IMG/VR virus record: IMGVR_UViG_3300011115_000934
Coordinates: 97,983-161,982 of that record
Source of the DNA: a virus
Lineage: Duplodnaviria; Heunggongvirae; Uroviricota; Caudoviricetes
Length of the DNA stretch: 64,000 nucleotides
Reading direction: 5' to 3' (one strand)
The notes below the pieces were generated by a model. That model had not been told where the DNA came from. It did no database searches and worked only from the letters and a program-made list of their open reading frames with translations. The position numbers were made by a program, and so were the translations under genes. Shown piece after piece: positions 1-9,059 of the stretch; positions within the stretch are counted from its first letter, which is position 1, and every line of letters begins with the position of its first letter.

Positions 1-129
1 GTACGATCTGCAAACCTACAAGCAAGACAAAAATCTGGCTTGGGTAAGTTTAACAATTGGAATTTCGAATTAACTAAAATGAATGTCAGAGTTGACAGAC
101 ATGGAAAGTATATTCGTCATCACCAATAA
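1..129 (+). CDS. 3' end of upstream gene (partial, hypothetical)
   Basis: Open frame 1 from window edge to TAA at 127-129; same strand as all other genes. Confidence 0.3.
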   Translation, partial: VRSANLQARQKSGLGKFNNWNFELTKMNVRVDRHGKYIRHHQ

Positions 130-139
130 AAAGTATTTG

Positions 140-172
140 GAGAAAGGTTTGGAAACCTGAACCTTTCTTCTT
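140..172 (+). terminator. hairpin (GAAAGGTT/AACCTTTC) + T-rich tail
   Basis: 8-bp stem 142-149/160-167 followed by TTCTT; lies between two + strand genes. Confidence 0.4.
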
Positions 173-197
173 ATATTAAAGTATAAGAAAATTAGTT

Positions 198-512
198 ATG
201 GAAAAAGAATTTATACCTTATGAACAAGCGTTAGCTTTAAAAGAATTAGGATTCGATGAGCTTTGTTTAAAAAGTTATGGTATCGATGGATTATTAAATC
301 AAAATGACAGTTCACTATATCTTTCAGCACCACTATATCAACAAGCATTTAGATTTTTTAGAGAGAAGTATAAATCTAACTTTATTATAGGATTTGGAAA
401 TGATGGGGGTTATTATAGGATTGGTAATCTTTTTAGTAAATGGTATAAAACTTACAAAGAAGCAGAACTTGAATGTCTTAAAAAATTAATAGAAATAGTA
501 AAACAAAAATAA
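198..512 (+). CDS. hypothetical protein
   Basis: 104-aa ORF, A-rich leader, no recognisable motif. Confidence 0.5.
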   Translation: MEKEFIPYEQALALKELGFDELCLKSYGIDGLLNQNDSSLYLSAPLYQQAFRFFREKYKSNFIIGFGNDGGYYRIGNLFSKWYKTYKEAELECLKKLIEIVKQK

Positions 513-529
513 ATAAAAATAGCATAGTT

Positions 530-1441
530 ATGAAAAATTCGTTATCATCAAAAGGGTTATCAATGTCTCAAGCAGCTTCAATCTCTAACCTTTGTAATCA
601 AAGAGCAAAAGAGATTTCTAGTAAACTAGACAACATTAACAATGTGTCTAAGGAATTAGCAATAGGTGGAGAAACCTATATTGAAACTCAAGGGAACCCA
701 ATCCCTACAGACGTAGTACAGTTACTACAGGCAAAGGCAAGATTGTCTGCCACTCAAGCTTTCTTGATGGAAAACATCAAAGCAAAAGACGAATTGATTA
801 ACCAAATCAAATACGAAGGATTCCAGTATGATGTAGAAGCTCCAGTACGTCCTCAAACAATTGCAGAAACACTTCCAAATGAAGTAGAAGCAAATTTTGG
901 TATGGATCAAATGACTGCAGCAGAGTACAATGAGTATTTAGAAGCAGAGGCTTACGCTTCACATATCGGTCAGTTCATTCATAAAAGAGGAACTCTAGAC
1001 CGTTTAAGAGCAGAACTTCCTACCATTAAAACTTTAGAGTTTATGGAAATTGAAGTAGGAAAGAAAACTCCTCTTAAAGTTTCTATTCACCACACACCTG
1101 AGCAATTGCTTGCAATCCACGAAGAATTAGCAGCACTTCATAGAGGGTATGAGCAAAAAGTGAATTACTTCAAATCAAAAGCAAAGAATGCTGTTACTTC
1201 TGAAAACGCTAGAATTCAGAAAGAGAGAGGTGAGATTCAAGCAAGAGTCAATCAACAAAACTCGGATCTAGCAAATGCTTATAAATTAGCATACGAGGAG
1301 TGGACAGCCAATCAACGTAAAGCTCAACACGAGTTTGAAGAAAAACGTCAAGCAAGAATCCAAGAAGCTGTTAATTTAAAAATTGAAGTAGCAGAAAGAT
1401 TCCAAGACGTAGTAGACGAATTCTTAAATCAACTAAAATAA
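530..1441 (+). CDS. hypothetical coiled-coil protein
   Basis: 303-aa ORF rich in E/K/Q/A heptad-like stretches; no catalytic motif. Confidence 0.55.
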   Translation: MKNSLSSKGLSMSQAASISNLCNQRAKEISSKLDNINNVSKELAIGGETYIETQGNPIPTDVVQLLQAKARLSATQAFLMENIKAKDELINQIKYEGFQYDVEAPVRPQTIAETLPNEVEANFGMDQMTAAEYNEYLEAEAYASHIGQFIHKRGTLDRLRAELPTIKTLEFMEIEVGKKTPLKVSIHHTPEQLLAIHEELAALHRGYEQKVNYFKSKAKNAVTSENARIQKERGEIQARVNQQNSDLANAYKLAYEEWTANQRKAQHEFEEKRQARIQEAVNLKIEVAERFQDVVDEFLNQLK

Positions 1442-1446
1442 TAATT

Positions 1447-1737
1447 ATGAGAGACAATCAAGTAGAAGAGACTGTAAACAGGCCAGTAAGGTTAGAAGAA
1501 CCATGTCAAGTAGAAAAATGTTCAAACGAACCATGGCAACCATCAAGACAGGAATGTCTTAGAGATTGGGAAGTGAAGATTAAATTCTTAACCCTAGGAT
1601 GTGTTATTTCTGTAGGATGTAAAGAAATTCCATTCACAACAATTAAAGAAGGAATGGAAGCTTTAAATCAATACGTAGCAAAACCTTACGAGACAAGACA
1701 GATTTGGGAGAAAAGATTCCAAGAAGAAGAAAAATAA
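1447..1737 (+). CDS. hypothetical protein
   Basis: 96-aa ORF, Cys-containing, no motif recognised. Confidence 0.45.
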   Translation: MRDNQVEETVNRPVRLEEPCQVEKCSNEPWQPSRQECLRDWEVKIKFLTLGCVISVGCKEIPFTTIKEGMEALNQYVAKPYETRQIWEKRFQEEEK

Positions 1738-1739
1738 TT

Positions 1740-2070
1740 TGGTGCTAAGAAGGTAAGCACAAGCTGATCCTTCAGAGCTTTATGCTGGGATAGTAGGGTT
1801 ATCATATAAACTATATAAATGACTTTTAATCATTCATATGACAGACATAACACCTCCGGGTGTTTGTAAACTCGCTTCCCTACAACTTAAACCAAACTGA
1901 GATAGAACTCAACAGCTAGACATGTTACTCCTGAGGGAGATTAAAAGTGGCTAGCGACTCTAAGACTTAGTTTTTGCCCTTGCCCTTGTGGTAGTGGAAG
2001 GTTTTTGACTTTGATTTTGCATTTGACCTAGTCTATATGCTTTACATCCCAGCAACAAAATAATTAACGA
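1740..2070 (+). ncRNA. candidate structured non-coding RNA (GC-rich 330-nt ORF-free gap)
   Basis: Local GC far above genome background; several hairpins (GTGCT..AGCAC, ACACC-TCCG-GGTGT, CTCC-TGAG-GGAG). A long-range 9-bp pairing joins TGCTGGGAT (~1785) to ATCCCAGCA (~2047). No ORF present. Confidence 0.2.
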
Positions 2071-2097
2071 AAGGCTTGCTTAGGCAAGCTTTCTTTC
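2071..2097 (+). terminator. rho-independent terminator GCTTGC-TTAG-GCAAGC + T-run
   Basis: Perfect 6-bp stem 2074-2079/2084-2089 then TTTCTTTCG; identical hairpin recurs at 4988-5003. Confidence 0.5.
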
Positions 2098-2106
2098 GTA
2101 TATTTA
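2076..2106 (+). promoter_or_regulatory. Bacteroidota-type sigma-A promoter (TTG-N20-TATATTTA)
   Basis: TTG at 2076-2078, 20-nt spacer, TAnnTTTn element at 2099-2106, ATG 18 nt downstream. Confidence 0.45.
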
Positions 2107-2123
2107 AGTATAAGAAAAGAGAT

Positions 2124-2774
2124 ATGAAACTAACATTAGAAAAAGGACAAAGACTGTTCTTCACATCAGACACACATTACGCTCACTCAAATATTTGTAG
2201 TGCAACTACAAACTGGTCTGTGAACGATGGATATGCTCGTACATTCAATTCACTTGATCATATGAATGCTACTCTAATTAATAACATTAACTGTATGGTT
2301 GGTGAAGATGATATTCTAATTCACTTAGGAGATTGGTCATTTGGAGGATTTGAAAAAGTACAAGAATTCAGAGATAGAATACTTTGTAAAAACATTCACT
2401 TGGTACTTGGAAATCATGATCACCACATTGAAAGAAACAAGGAAGGAATACAAGATTTATTTTCTTCAGTACAAAACTACTTGAGATTAGAAGTAAAAAG
2501 ACCAATCAACAAAGCAACAACTGAGAAGTTTATTTTCGTTTGTATGCACTATCCAATAGCGTCATGGCATGATATGAACCAAGGAGTAATTCACTTACAT
2601 GGTCATGTTCATTTACCACCACATCTAAGATTAGCAGATGGTAAAGCAATGGATGTTGGAGTAGATGGAAATGGTTTAGAGCCTTTATCATTGAACGAAA
2701 TATTATCTATAATGAAAGATCGTCCAATTAAAAAATTAGCTTTACCAAAGGATCATCACGAAAAGAGATTGTAG
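2124..2774 (+). CDS. calcineurin-like metallophosphoesterase
   Basis: Motifs GDxxxGG (GDWSFGG), GNHDHH, HGHVH typical of binuclear metallophosphatases; start moved to the ATG behind the promoter (ORF track starts at 2076). Confidence 0.8.
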   Translation: MKLTLEKGQRLFFTSDTHYAHSNICSATTNWSVNDGYARTFNSLDHMNATLINNINCMVGEDDILIHLGDWSFGGFEKVQEFRDRILCKNIHLVLGNHDHHIERNKEGIQDLFSSVQNYLRLEVKRPINKATTEKFIFVCMHYPIASWHDMNQGVIHLHGHVHLPPHLRLADGKAMDVGVDGNGLEPLSLNEILSIMKDRPIKKLALPKDHHEKRL

Positions 2775-2775
2775 T

Positions 2776-3039
2776 ATGTATAAGACAAGAATTGAGAAAG
2801 ACCATTTTAATGAAATTGGTTCATTAATATCGTCACGGATTATAATTGAGATTCCATTACCTCTTGAATTACTTCAAGATTGCTATTCATACACAGCAAT
2901 GGATGCTCCATCAGAAATTAAAAGAATGTTAATAGAATCAGTTGGAGTAGCTGTGGATGAGATTATTTTGGGTAATAGGCCTAAACATATTGATGAACAG
3001 TGGTTAAAATCAAAACTAACAAAAGTAAAAGTACTATGA
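2776..3039 (+). CDS. hypothetical protein
   Basis: 87-aa ORF, no motif. Confidence 0.45.
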   Translation: MYKTRIEKDHFNEIGSLISSRIIIEIPLPLELLQDCYSYTAMDAPSEIKRMLIESVGVAVDEIILGNRPKHIDEQWLKSKLTKVKVL

Positions 3040-3455
3040 AGGAACTTTATTTATTAAGAGGATTACCTGGATCAGGTAAATCAACATTAGCAAATTCATT
3101 AGGTGGAGTATGGGTTGAAGCAGACCAGTATTTTATTAACCCTGATGGTGATTATGTGTTTGATGCTTCAAAATTGAAATATGCACATAAGTGGTGTCAA
3201 GATACAGTAGAACACTCCATGGTATGGGAGAATAGAATAGAGATGGAAAAAATAACAGGAGGTAGTTCTAGAATCGTAGTATCAAACACATTCACTCAGG
3301 AATGGGAAATGCAACCGTATTATAACTTAGCAGAAAAATATGGATACAGAGTCTATTCTTTGATTGTAGAAAACAGACATGAAGGAGTGAATGAACATGG
3401 AGTACCAGAAGAAAAATTAGTACAAATGAAAAATAGATTTGAAGTAAAGCTATGA
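3036..3455 (+). CDS. P-loop polynucleotide/nucleoside kinase-like protein
   Basis: Walker A LLRGLPGSGKSTLA at N-terminus, size and layout like the T4 Pnk kinase domain/AAA_33; internal ATG chosen, ATGA-style overlap with upstream gene. Confidence 0.6.
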   Translation: MKELYLLRGLPGSGKSTLANSLGGVWVEADQYFINPDGDYVFDASKLKYAHKWCQDTVEHSMVWENRIEMEKITGGSSRIVVSNTFTQEWEMQPYYNLAEKYGYRVYSLIVENRHEGVNEHGVPEEKLVQMKNRFEVKL

Positions 3456-3829
3456 AAGAAACATTTGAACAATACTTACAAAGACTAAAAGACAGACGTA
3501 CAGAAGACGATTACAAGTACACTGATGAAGATTTTATTCAATATGAAGAGTATATTACAGATTGTTGGTTAACAAATTTAAGTGTTTACAAATGTCTTGA
3601 GTTTATGTATTTTGCAGAAAAAGAAATTCAACCAGAACAAATCTGGAATGATGAGAAAAAAGAAGGTCTTAAAGAGTTTATTAATAAACATAAACAAAAC
3701 TCTCGTAACTTCCTACCAGGGTTCATAAAACAATTTGATCCTAAAGAAGGAGAAATAAATGGAGAAGAATGGACAGCAGTTCATTTTTTAAAGTGGTTAG
3801 AATTAAATAAATTTAAAATTGTAAAATAA
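3452..3829 (+). CDS. hypothetical protein
   Basis: 125-aa ORF, overlaps upstream stop (ATGA). Confidence 0.5.
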   Translation: MKETFEQYLQRLKDRRTEDDYKYTDEDFIQYEEYITDCWLTNLSVYKCLEFMYFAEKEIQPEQIWNDEKKEGLKEFINKHKQNSRNFLPGFIKQFDPKEGEINGEEWTAVHFLKWLELNKFKIVK

Positions 3830-4972
3830 ATGGAAAATAATAATAGTGTTTGCTTTATAGCAAAAATAAACGAAGTAAGAGCAATTGAAGGTGCTGATAA
3901 CATCGAACTTGTAATCGCAGGTGGATGGAATGCTATTACTAAAAAAGGTGAATTTAAAGTAGGTGATGAAACAATCATTGCAACTACTGACGCAGTTATA
4001 CCAGAAAAACTTTCTGAGGAAATGGGAGTTGCAAACTACCTAAGAAAAGGTACTAGAGTAAGAACTGTAAAATTAAGAGGAGTTTATTCTGAGTGTTTAA
4101 TTATTCCAATGAAATACCTTAAAGGTAAAGTAACTATGGGTGATTGGGATACTAAAGAAGGAACTGACTGTATGGGATTCTTAGGAATTACTAAATACGA
4201 GCCACCAGTTAAACAAATTCAATTAGCATCAGGTAGAAAAATCAAATGGAGAGATAATCAAAACTTCCATATCTATTATAAATTTCCAAACCTTAAAAAT
4301 GTTGCTGGAATGTTTACAGAAGAAGATGAAGTTCAAATTACTAGAAAGATTCATGGTACAAATGCTAGATATGGTATTGTAAAGAAAGGTACATTGACAT
4401 TCTGGGATAAAGTAAAAAAATTCTTAAGAATTGCTGATGAGTGGATTGACTACGAATACATTTATGGATCTCATAACTGTGAAAAAGGAAGTGACTCTCA
4501 AGGATTCTATTCAACTGATGTTTGGAGAACAGTTGCTGAAAAATATAACATCAAAGAAAAACTTTGGCAATTAGCTTTTACATATGGAGCAAAAAATATT
4601 GGTGAGGGATTAATCCTTTATGGAGAGATCTACGGAGCTGGTATTCAAAAGAACTATGAATATGGTTTAAAAGATATTGAGTTCGTAGGATTTGATATAA
4701 AGGTGAACGGAGAATACCTACCTACAGAGACAACTGCATATGAAATAGTTAATGAATTACAACTTGAGCATGTGAAAGTGCTATATACAGGAACTTGGAA
4801 TCAAGAAGTTCAAGATAAGTTTACATTCAACGACTTCATTTACGGAACAAAAACTCCTCACGAGGGAATTGTAATCAAAGAGATCTCAGGTGATAGAAAA
4901 AAAGTAGCAAAGGTAATCAACCCAGACTATTTGATCTACGGAGAAAAGAATGATGTAGGAGATTCACATTAA
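3830..4972 (+). CDS. RNA ligase (Rnl family, adenylyltransferase lysine motif KIHGTN)
   Basis: N-terminal KINEVRAIEGADNIELVIAGGWNAI..KGEFKVGD signature of DRB0094/Rnl-type RNA ligases plus KxHGxN nucleotidyltransferase motif I. Confidence 0.7.
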   Translation: MENNNSVCFIAKINEVRAIEGADNIELVIAGGWNAITKKGEFKVGDETIIATTDAVIPEKLSEEMGVANYLRKGTRVRTVKLRGVYSECLIIPMKYLKGKVTMGDWDTKEGTDCMGFLGITKYEPPVKQIQLASGRKIKWRDNQNFHIYYKFPNLKNVAGMFTEEDEVQITRKIHGTNARYGIVKKGTLTFWDKVKKFLRIADEWIDYEYIYGSHNCEKGSDSQGFYSTDVWRTVAEKYNIKEKLWQLAFTYGAKNIGEGLILYGEIYGAGIQKNYEYGLKDIEFVGFDIKVNGEYLPTETTAYEIVNELQLEHVKVLYTGTWNQEVQDKFTFNDFIYGTKTPHEGIVIKEISGDRKKVAKVINPDYLIYGEKNDVGDSH

Positions 4973-4984
4973 AATAATTGTTAA

Positions 4985-5010
4985 AAGGCTTGCTTAGGCA
5001 AGCTTTTTTT
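4985..5010 (+). terminator. rho-independent terminator GCTTGC-TTAG-GCAAGC + T7
   Basis: Stem 4988-4993/4998-5003, T-run 5004-5010. Confidence 0.6.
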
Positions 5011-5020
5011 CGTATCTTTA
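4990..5020 (+). promoter_or_regulatory. sigma-A-type promoter TTG-N20-TATCTTTA
   Basis: TTG 4990-4992 inside terminator stem, 20-nt spacer, TATCTTTA 5013-5020. Confidence 0.45.
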
Positions 5021-5045
5021 AGTATTAGAAACAAATAAAAGAGTT

Positions 5046-5123
5046 ATGAAACAAATTAGAACCTTTGCAATTACATTTGTAGCAATGCTAATATTAATGA
5101 TTATTGTAGTAAATTTAAGATAG
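5046..5123 (+). CDS. 25-aa hydrophobic micro-protein (MKQIRTFAITFVAMLILMIIVVNLR)
   Basis: ATG 26 nt after promoter, single TM helix, stop directly abuts next ATG; below ORF-track length cutoff. Confidence 0.3.
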   Translation: MKQIRTFAITFVAMLILMIIVVNLR

Positions 5124-5124
5124 T

Positions 5125-5742
5125 ATGGAAGATTTTTTTGAAGATTTAAAAAACCAGCCTAGACCAAACTTCTTTAGAAGAATTTATCTTTGGTGGGAAC
5201 ATGATGGAAGGTATTATCATAAATATTTTAAACAAGGTGTAAAAAACATTTTATATTGGTTTCCAGTTATCTGGAAGGATAGAGATTGGGATGATCATTA
5301 CATCTTTGAAGTATTAAAACATAAATTAAAAGCTCAAGCTAAATACATTGGTGATAGAGATTTTCATACTAGAGCTAAACTTGATGCTAAAAGAATGAAC
5401 TTATGTGTTAAATTAATTCAATTAATTCAAGATGAACCTTACTCAATGGAGTACATGGACTACCATAAGGACAGAGTATGGTTTACTGATTGTGAAGACA
5501 GACCAGGATCTTCTTTATATAATTCAGAAGAGGTATGGGAAAAGTATGATGATTTCTTTAAAAAATATCCTTTAGTTTATAAAAGAGTACTAAAAGGAGA
5601 AGGGCCATTTACTTTAGATGGTAGAGATGAGGCTGATATGAAAAGAATTATAGCAATGAATATTGCCCATGTTAATCAAGAAAGAGTACATAAACTTCTA
5701 TTTAAAATTTTAGAAGAAAATATTAGAGGTTGGTGGGACTAA
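5125..5742 (+). CDS. hypothetical protein
   Basis: 205-aa ORF, W/Y-rich. Confidence 0.55.
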   Translation: MEDFFEDLKNQPRPNFFRRIYLWWEHDGRYYHKYFKQGVKNILYWFPVIWKDRDWDDHYIFEVLKHKLKAQAKYIGDRDFHTRAKLDAKRMNLCVKLIQLIQDEPYSMEYMDYHKDRVWFTDCEDRPGSSLYNSEEVWEKYDDFFKKYPLVYKRVLKGEGPFTLDGRDEADMKRIIAMNIAHVNQERVHKLLFKILEENIRGWWD

Positions 5743-5752
5743 AGCAAGAAAG

Positions 5753-6160
5753 ATGAAAAAGAAAATATACCTAGACGATGTAAGAACACCAGTTGATCCA
5801 TCTTGGACTGTAGTAAGAAACTACGAGCAATTTGTTGATACAGTTACTTACATTGGATTGGAAAACATAGATGTAATCTCTCTAGATCACGATTTAGGAG
5901 ACACAGCAATGGCTGAATGGCGTAAAAATGTTTACCATAATTATGAATTAAATTATGATAATATTACAGAGAAGACTGGAATGGATTGCACAAAATGGTT
6001 GGTGGAGCAATGGCTTGATGGAGCTCCTGTTGTTGATGTTGTGATACATTCTGCAAATGCAGTCGGTAGTGGAAACATGATGGGGTACATAAACAACTAC
6101 AGACATATTCACAGATTACCTCAGAATTGTGTAAGAGTACAAATAGAACATACAGTATAA
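5753..6160 (+). CDS. hypothetical protein
   Basis: 135-aa ORF. Confidence 0.55.
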   Translation: MKKKIYLDDVRTPVDPSWTVVRNYEQFVDTVTYIGLENIDVISLDHDLGDTAMAEWRKNVYHNYELNYDNITEKTGMDCTKWLVEQWLDGAPVVDVVIHSANAVGSGNMMGYINNYRHIHRLPQNCVRVQIEHTV

Positions 6161-6163
6161 ATT

Positions 6164-6364
6164 ATGACACTAAAAGAAAAGTTTAAAGAAATATTAACTG
6201 CATTTTGGATAAATGATTGGGAAGATGAATGTGAAAAAGTAGCAGATGAATTTGCTATTGAGTTTGCAGATTGGATTAGAGTTTGTATATTGAAACGCAG
6301 AAGTTATGATTTTGAAAATATAGAAAAGTTATTAGAAATTTATAAAGAAGAAAAAGACTTATGA
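6164..6364 (+). CDS. hypothetical protein
   Basis: 66-aa ORF. Confidence 0.45.
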   Translation: MTLKEKFKEILTAFWINDWEDECEKVADEFAIEFADWIRVCILKRRSYDFENIEKLLEIYKEEKDL

Positions 6365-6723
6365 TAGGAGGTGCACAGCCAAAGGTATTAGTAAAGCTAA
6401 ATGATAGTAATGAACTATTATTAGATGAAATGTTTGTAAAAATCTATGGAAAAGAAGAAGATCATAAATACAAACTAGTTCGAGGAAGAGATCAATTAAC
6501 TAAAACATCCAGAGATGTAAAATGGTTAGAGTTTAATGAGGATGGAAGATACAAAGCAGACCACGAAGATATTGCTGTTGGAAGAAGTTTAATCATGTCT
6601 CCTTTCAATCATTCATTTACTTGGCAAACAACTACGGTAACAGAGATTGTGGAGCAGAGAGACGATTATATTAAGTTTAATACTGAAAATTCTTCTTACG
6701 AATTATTTGTTTTATCGAAATAA
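6361..6723 (+). CDS. hypothetical protein
   Basis: 120-aa ORF, ATGA overlap. Confidence 0.5.
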   Translation: MIGGAQPKVLVKLNDSNELLLDEMFVKIYGKEEDHKYKLVRGRDQLTKTSRDVKWLEFNEDGRYKADHEDIAVGRSLIMSPFNHSFTWQTTTVTEIVEQRDDYIKFNTENSSYELFVLSK

Positions 6724-6759
6724 AGTTCGTATATTTAGTTATATAAAAAAATAGAAATT

Positions 6760-6990
6760 ATGATTTGGATTTTATTACTTTACGTTTTACCATTAGTGCT
6801 TAGTATAATAGGAGCATATTTTTTTGTCAAAAGCGACGGAGGAACAGTAACTGAGTTTTTAGAACCACTACCTTTCCTTTTTATTCCTGTAATGAATATC
6901 GCAGCTGTAATAGCAGGAGTGTATATTATTATTGAGAAATTTTTAGATGAGGATGAATCATGGCAAAACTTTAAAAATAAAAAATTATAA
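6760..6990 (+). CDS. small membrane protein (2 TM)
   Basis: Two hydrophobic helices. Confidence 0.5.
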   Translation: MIWILLLYVLPLVLSIIGAYFFVKSDGGTVTEFLEPLPFLFIPVMNIAAVIAGVYIIIEKFLDEDESWQNFKNKKL

Positions 6991-7706
6991 TGAGAATAAC
7001 AGTAATATCAGATACACATACAAGACATGGATTGATTCCTATGGAAGATCTACCAGGTGGAGATCTATTGTTACATGCCGGAGACATAATGAACTCAGGG
7101 TACAATAGAAATGATATCTGGGATTTTTGTCACTGGTTCCAATCTCTAAAGCAATATGAGGATAAAGTTTTCATTGCAGGTAATCATGATAGAATGTTTC
7201 AAAATCATCCTGAGGATGTAAAGGATTGGTTGGATAAGTTCGGAAATATAATTTACCTACAAGACGATGATTTAGTTTTATACGGAGATGGTCCAAATGG
7301 AGATATGCCTGAAAATAATATTCGTATTTACGGATCACCTTGGCAACCAGAATTCTATTCATGGGCATTCAATTTACCAAAAAATGGAATTGAGATAGCA
7401 GGTAAGTGGGAAGCAATTCCTTCCAACACAGACATTCTTATCACACATGGTCCTGCATTTGGGTCTTTAGATACAGTAGCAGGAAGACCTTGGGACGGAT
7501 TAGGATGTGAGCTACTAGCTCAAAGAATTGAAGTTGTAAAGCCAAAGATTCATATCTGTGGACATATTCATTCAGGATATGGTTATGAGTTTAAAGATGG
7601 TACTCACTTCTTCAATGCATCAGTATTGGATGAGAGTTACGAGTACACTCAAAAGCCAATGACGTTTGATTGGGATAAGGAAACAAATACTATTGAATTT
7701 ATCTAA
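6990..7706 (+). CDS. calcineurin-like metallophosphoesterase (second copy)
   Basis: ISDTHTRHG, GDIMNSG, AGNHDR, ITHGP, CGHIHSGYG motifs. Confidence 0.8.
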   Translation: MRITVISDTHTRHGLIPMEDLPGGDLLLHAGDIMNSGYNRNDIWDFCHWFQSLKQYEDKVFIAGNHDRMFQNHPEDVKDWLDKFGNIIYLQDDDLVLYGDGPNGDMPENNIRIYGSPWQPEFYSWAFNLPKNGIEIAGKWEAIPSNTDILITHGPAFGSLDTVAGRPWDGLGCELLAQRIEVVKPKIHICGHIHSGYGYEFKDGTHFFNASVLDESYEYTQKPMTFDWDKETNTIEFI

Positions 7707-7727
7707 TATTTATTATAAAATAAGAAA

Positions 7728-8153
7728 ATGATAAAATTAATAGATCTTTTAGCAGAGTCTTTATTTCCTTTCCACGAAGATGATGTAACATTCGATGAAA
7801 TGGATGATTCAGTTCTTGCTGTAGATTATGTATTTGAAACACCAGACAATACCTACACAGTTACTTTTTATTCAGGAGAATATAACTCAGAAGATAAAAC
7901 TTTTGATATCTCTTTTGGTGAAAAACCTCAACGTCTAAATAAGTTGGATACTTTTAAAATGACAGGAGAAGGAAAGGTCTATAGCATTATTCAAACAATT
8001 TGTAAAATAATTGAGGAGTTTGTAGACGAATATGGAGATAATGTACAAAAGCTAGTAGTAGCTCCTACAAGTGATAAAAGAGGTAGAGTTTATAAAGAAC
8101 TTATACCAAAGTATCTCAACCCAGCCATAATGAAAATGGTAACTATTAAGTAA
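7728..8153 (+). CDS. hypothetical protein
   Basis: 141-aa ORF. Confidence 0.5.
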   Translation: MIKLIDLLAESLFPFHEDDVTFDEMDDSVLAVDYVFETPDNTYTVTFYSGEYNSEDKTFDISFGEKPQRLNKLDTFKMTGEGKVYSIIQTICKIIEEFVDEYGDNVQKLVVAPTSDKRGRVYKELIPKYLNPAIMKMVTIK

Positions 8154-8171
8154 AAATAATTAGAAAAAGGC

Positions 8172-8202
8172 TTGCATATGTGAGTCTTTTTTCTTATCTT
8201 TA
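8172..8202 (+). promoter_or_regulatory. sigma-A-type promoter TTG-N20-TATCTTTA
   Basis: TTG 8172-8174, TATCTTTA 8195-8202, preceded by imperfect hairpin/T-run. Confidence 0.4.
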
Positions 8203-8226
8203 ATTATAATTAAAACACAAAAGGTT

Positions 8227-8571
8227 ATGTTTAAAAGATTTTTCAAGTACACACCAACACAACAAGAGCAACAATTCATAGACATTGTAAACAAACTCTT
8301 ACTACATCCTAAAACATCTTTAAGGATGACACCTCTAACAGATAAGTATTTTCTTATCAATGAGCAAAAACATTATTATGTTTTACTAAAGAATAATGGA
8401 ATTCAGATTACTAATTCTAAATTTTCTTTTGCAAAATCATTACACCCAAAAGCTTATGATTATATCATAAATATGATTCATGATAACATGGAAGCAAGTA
8501 GACAAGCTCTAGAGGATAGATTATTTAAAAACGAAACAGATACACTGGATGCAGTGTTAAACAATTTATAA
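8227..8571 (+). CDS. hypothetical protein
   Basis: 114-aa ORF. Confidence 0.5.
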   Translation: MFKRFFKYTPTQQEQQFIDIVNKLLLHPKTSLRMTPLTDKYFLINEQKHYYVLLKNNGIQITNSKFSFAKSLHPKAYDYIINMIHDNMEASRQALEDRLFKNETDTLDAVLNNL

Positions 8572-9059
8572 TGGCAACTTTAGAAACACAATACAAGAAT
8601 TTTTTAAAAGACAATCCAAATTCAAACTTACCATTTGAAGAATGGATGAAGGTACATAGTAGATTACTTGAACAAGCCCTAATCAATATGATGAAAGACG
8701 ATGAAGAGTTAGGACTATACGATGAACCATTCAAACATAAAGTAGAAGTAATCCCCACAGAAGAAATACTTGCCAATAGAAGCAATGCTTATGAGTTTAT
8801 TGATTTTGATAAACAAGAAACAAAAGAACTAAATCCTCACATAGGACCATTTCTTCTTAAGAATGGATTTGAAGGAATTGGAGGAGACAGTTATCGTAAT
8901 CCAAAATGTACTGTTAGAGTTTTAGACGCCTGTTATGAAATTAATTACGATCATCCAGAATATGGAGAAGTCTCAACATACACAGACTCTTGGTCAATAC
9001 CACATCTAGCAGGAACATTAACCTGGAACGATTTAATAGATAGAAATTATATAAAATGA
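8571..9059 (+). CDS. hypothetical protein
   Basis: 162-aa ORF. Confidence 0.5.
   Translation: MATLETQYKNFLKDNPNSNLPFEEWMKVHSRLLEQALINMMKDDEELGLYDEPFKHKVEVIPTEEILANRSNAYEFIDFDKQETKELNPHIGPFLLKNGFEGIGGDSYRNPKCTVRVLDACYEINYDHPEYGEVSTYTDSWSIPHLAGTLTWNDLIDRNYIK

Noticed and set aside
725-910. Minus-strand ORFs throughout the ORF track (for example 725-910, 3781-3978, 7171-7368, 8525-8785, 16570-17010, 21576-21962, 22502-22942, 38118-38525, 44352-44612, 45297-45614, 48600-48899, 50965-51366, 51844-52146, 52952-53368, 55090-55577)
   Set aside because: Each lies wholly inside a longer, motif-supported + strand gene, has no promoter-like element and shows low-complexity S/L/F-rich composition typical of antisense frames in AT-rich DNA.
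1740-2070. Group I intron interrupting a gene
   Set aside because: The flanking ORFs (1447-1737 and 2124-2774) are not halves of one recognisable protein, and the upstream ORF ends at a normal stop; retained only as a candidate structured RNA.
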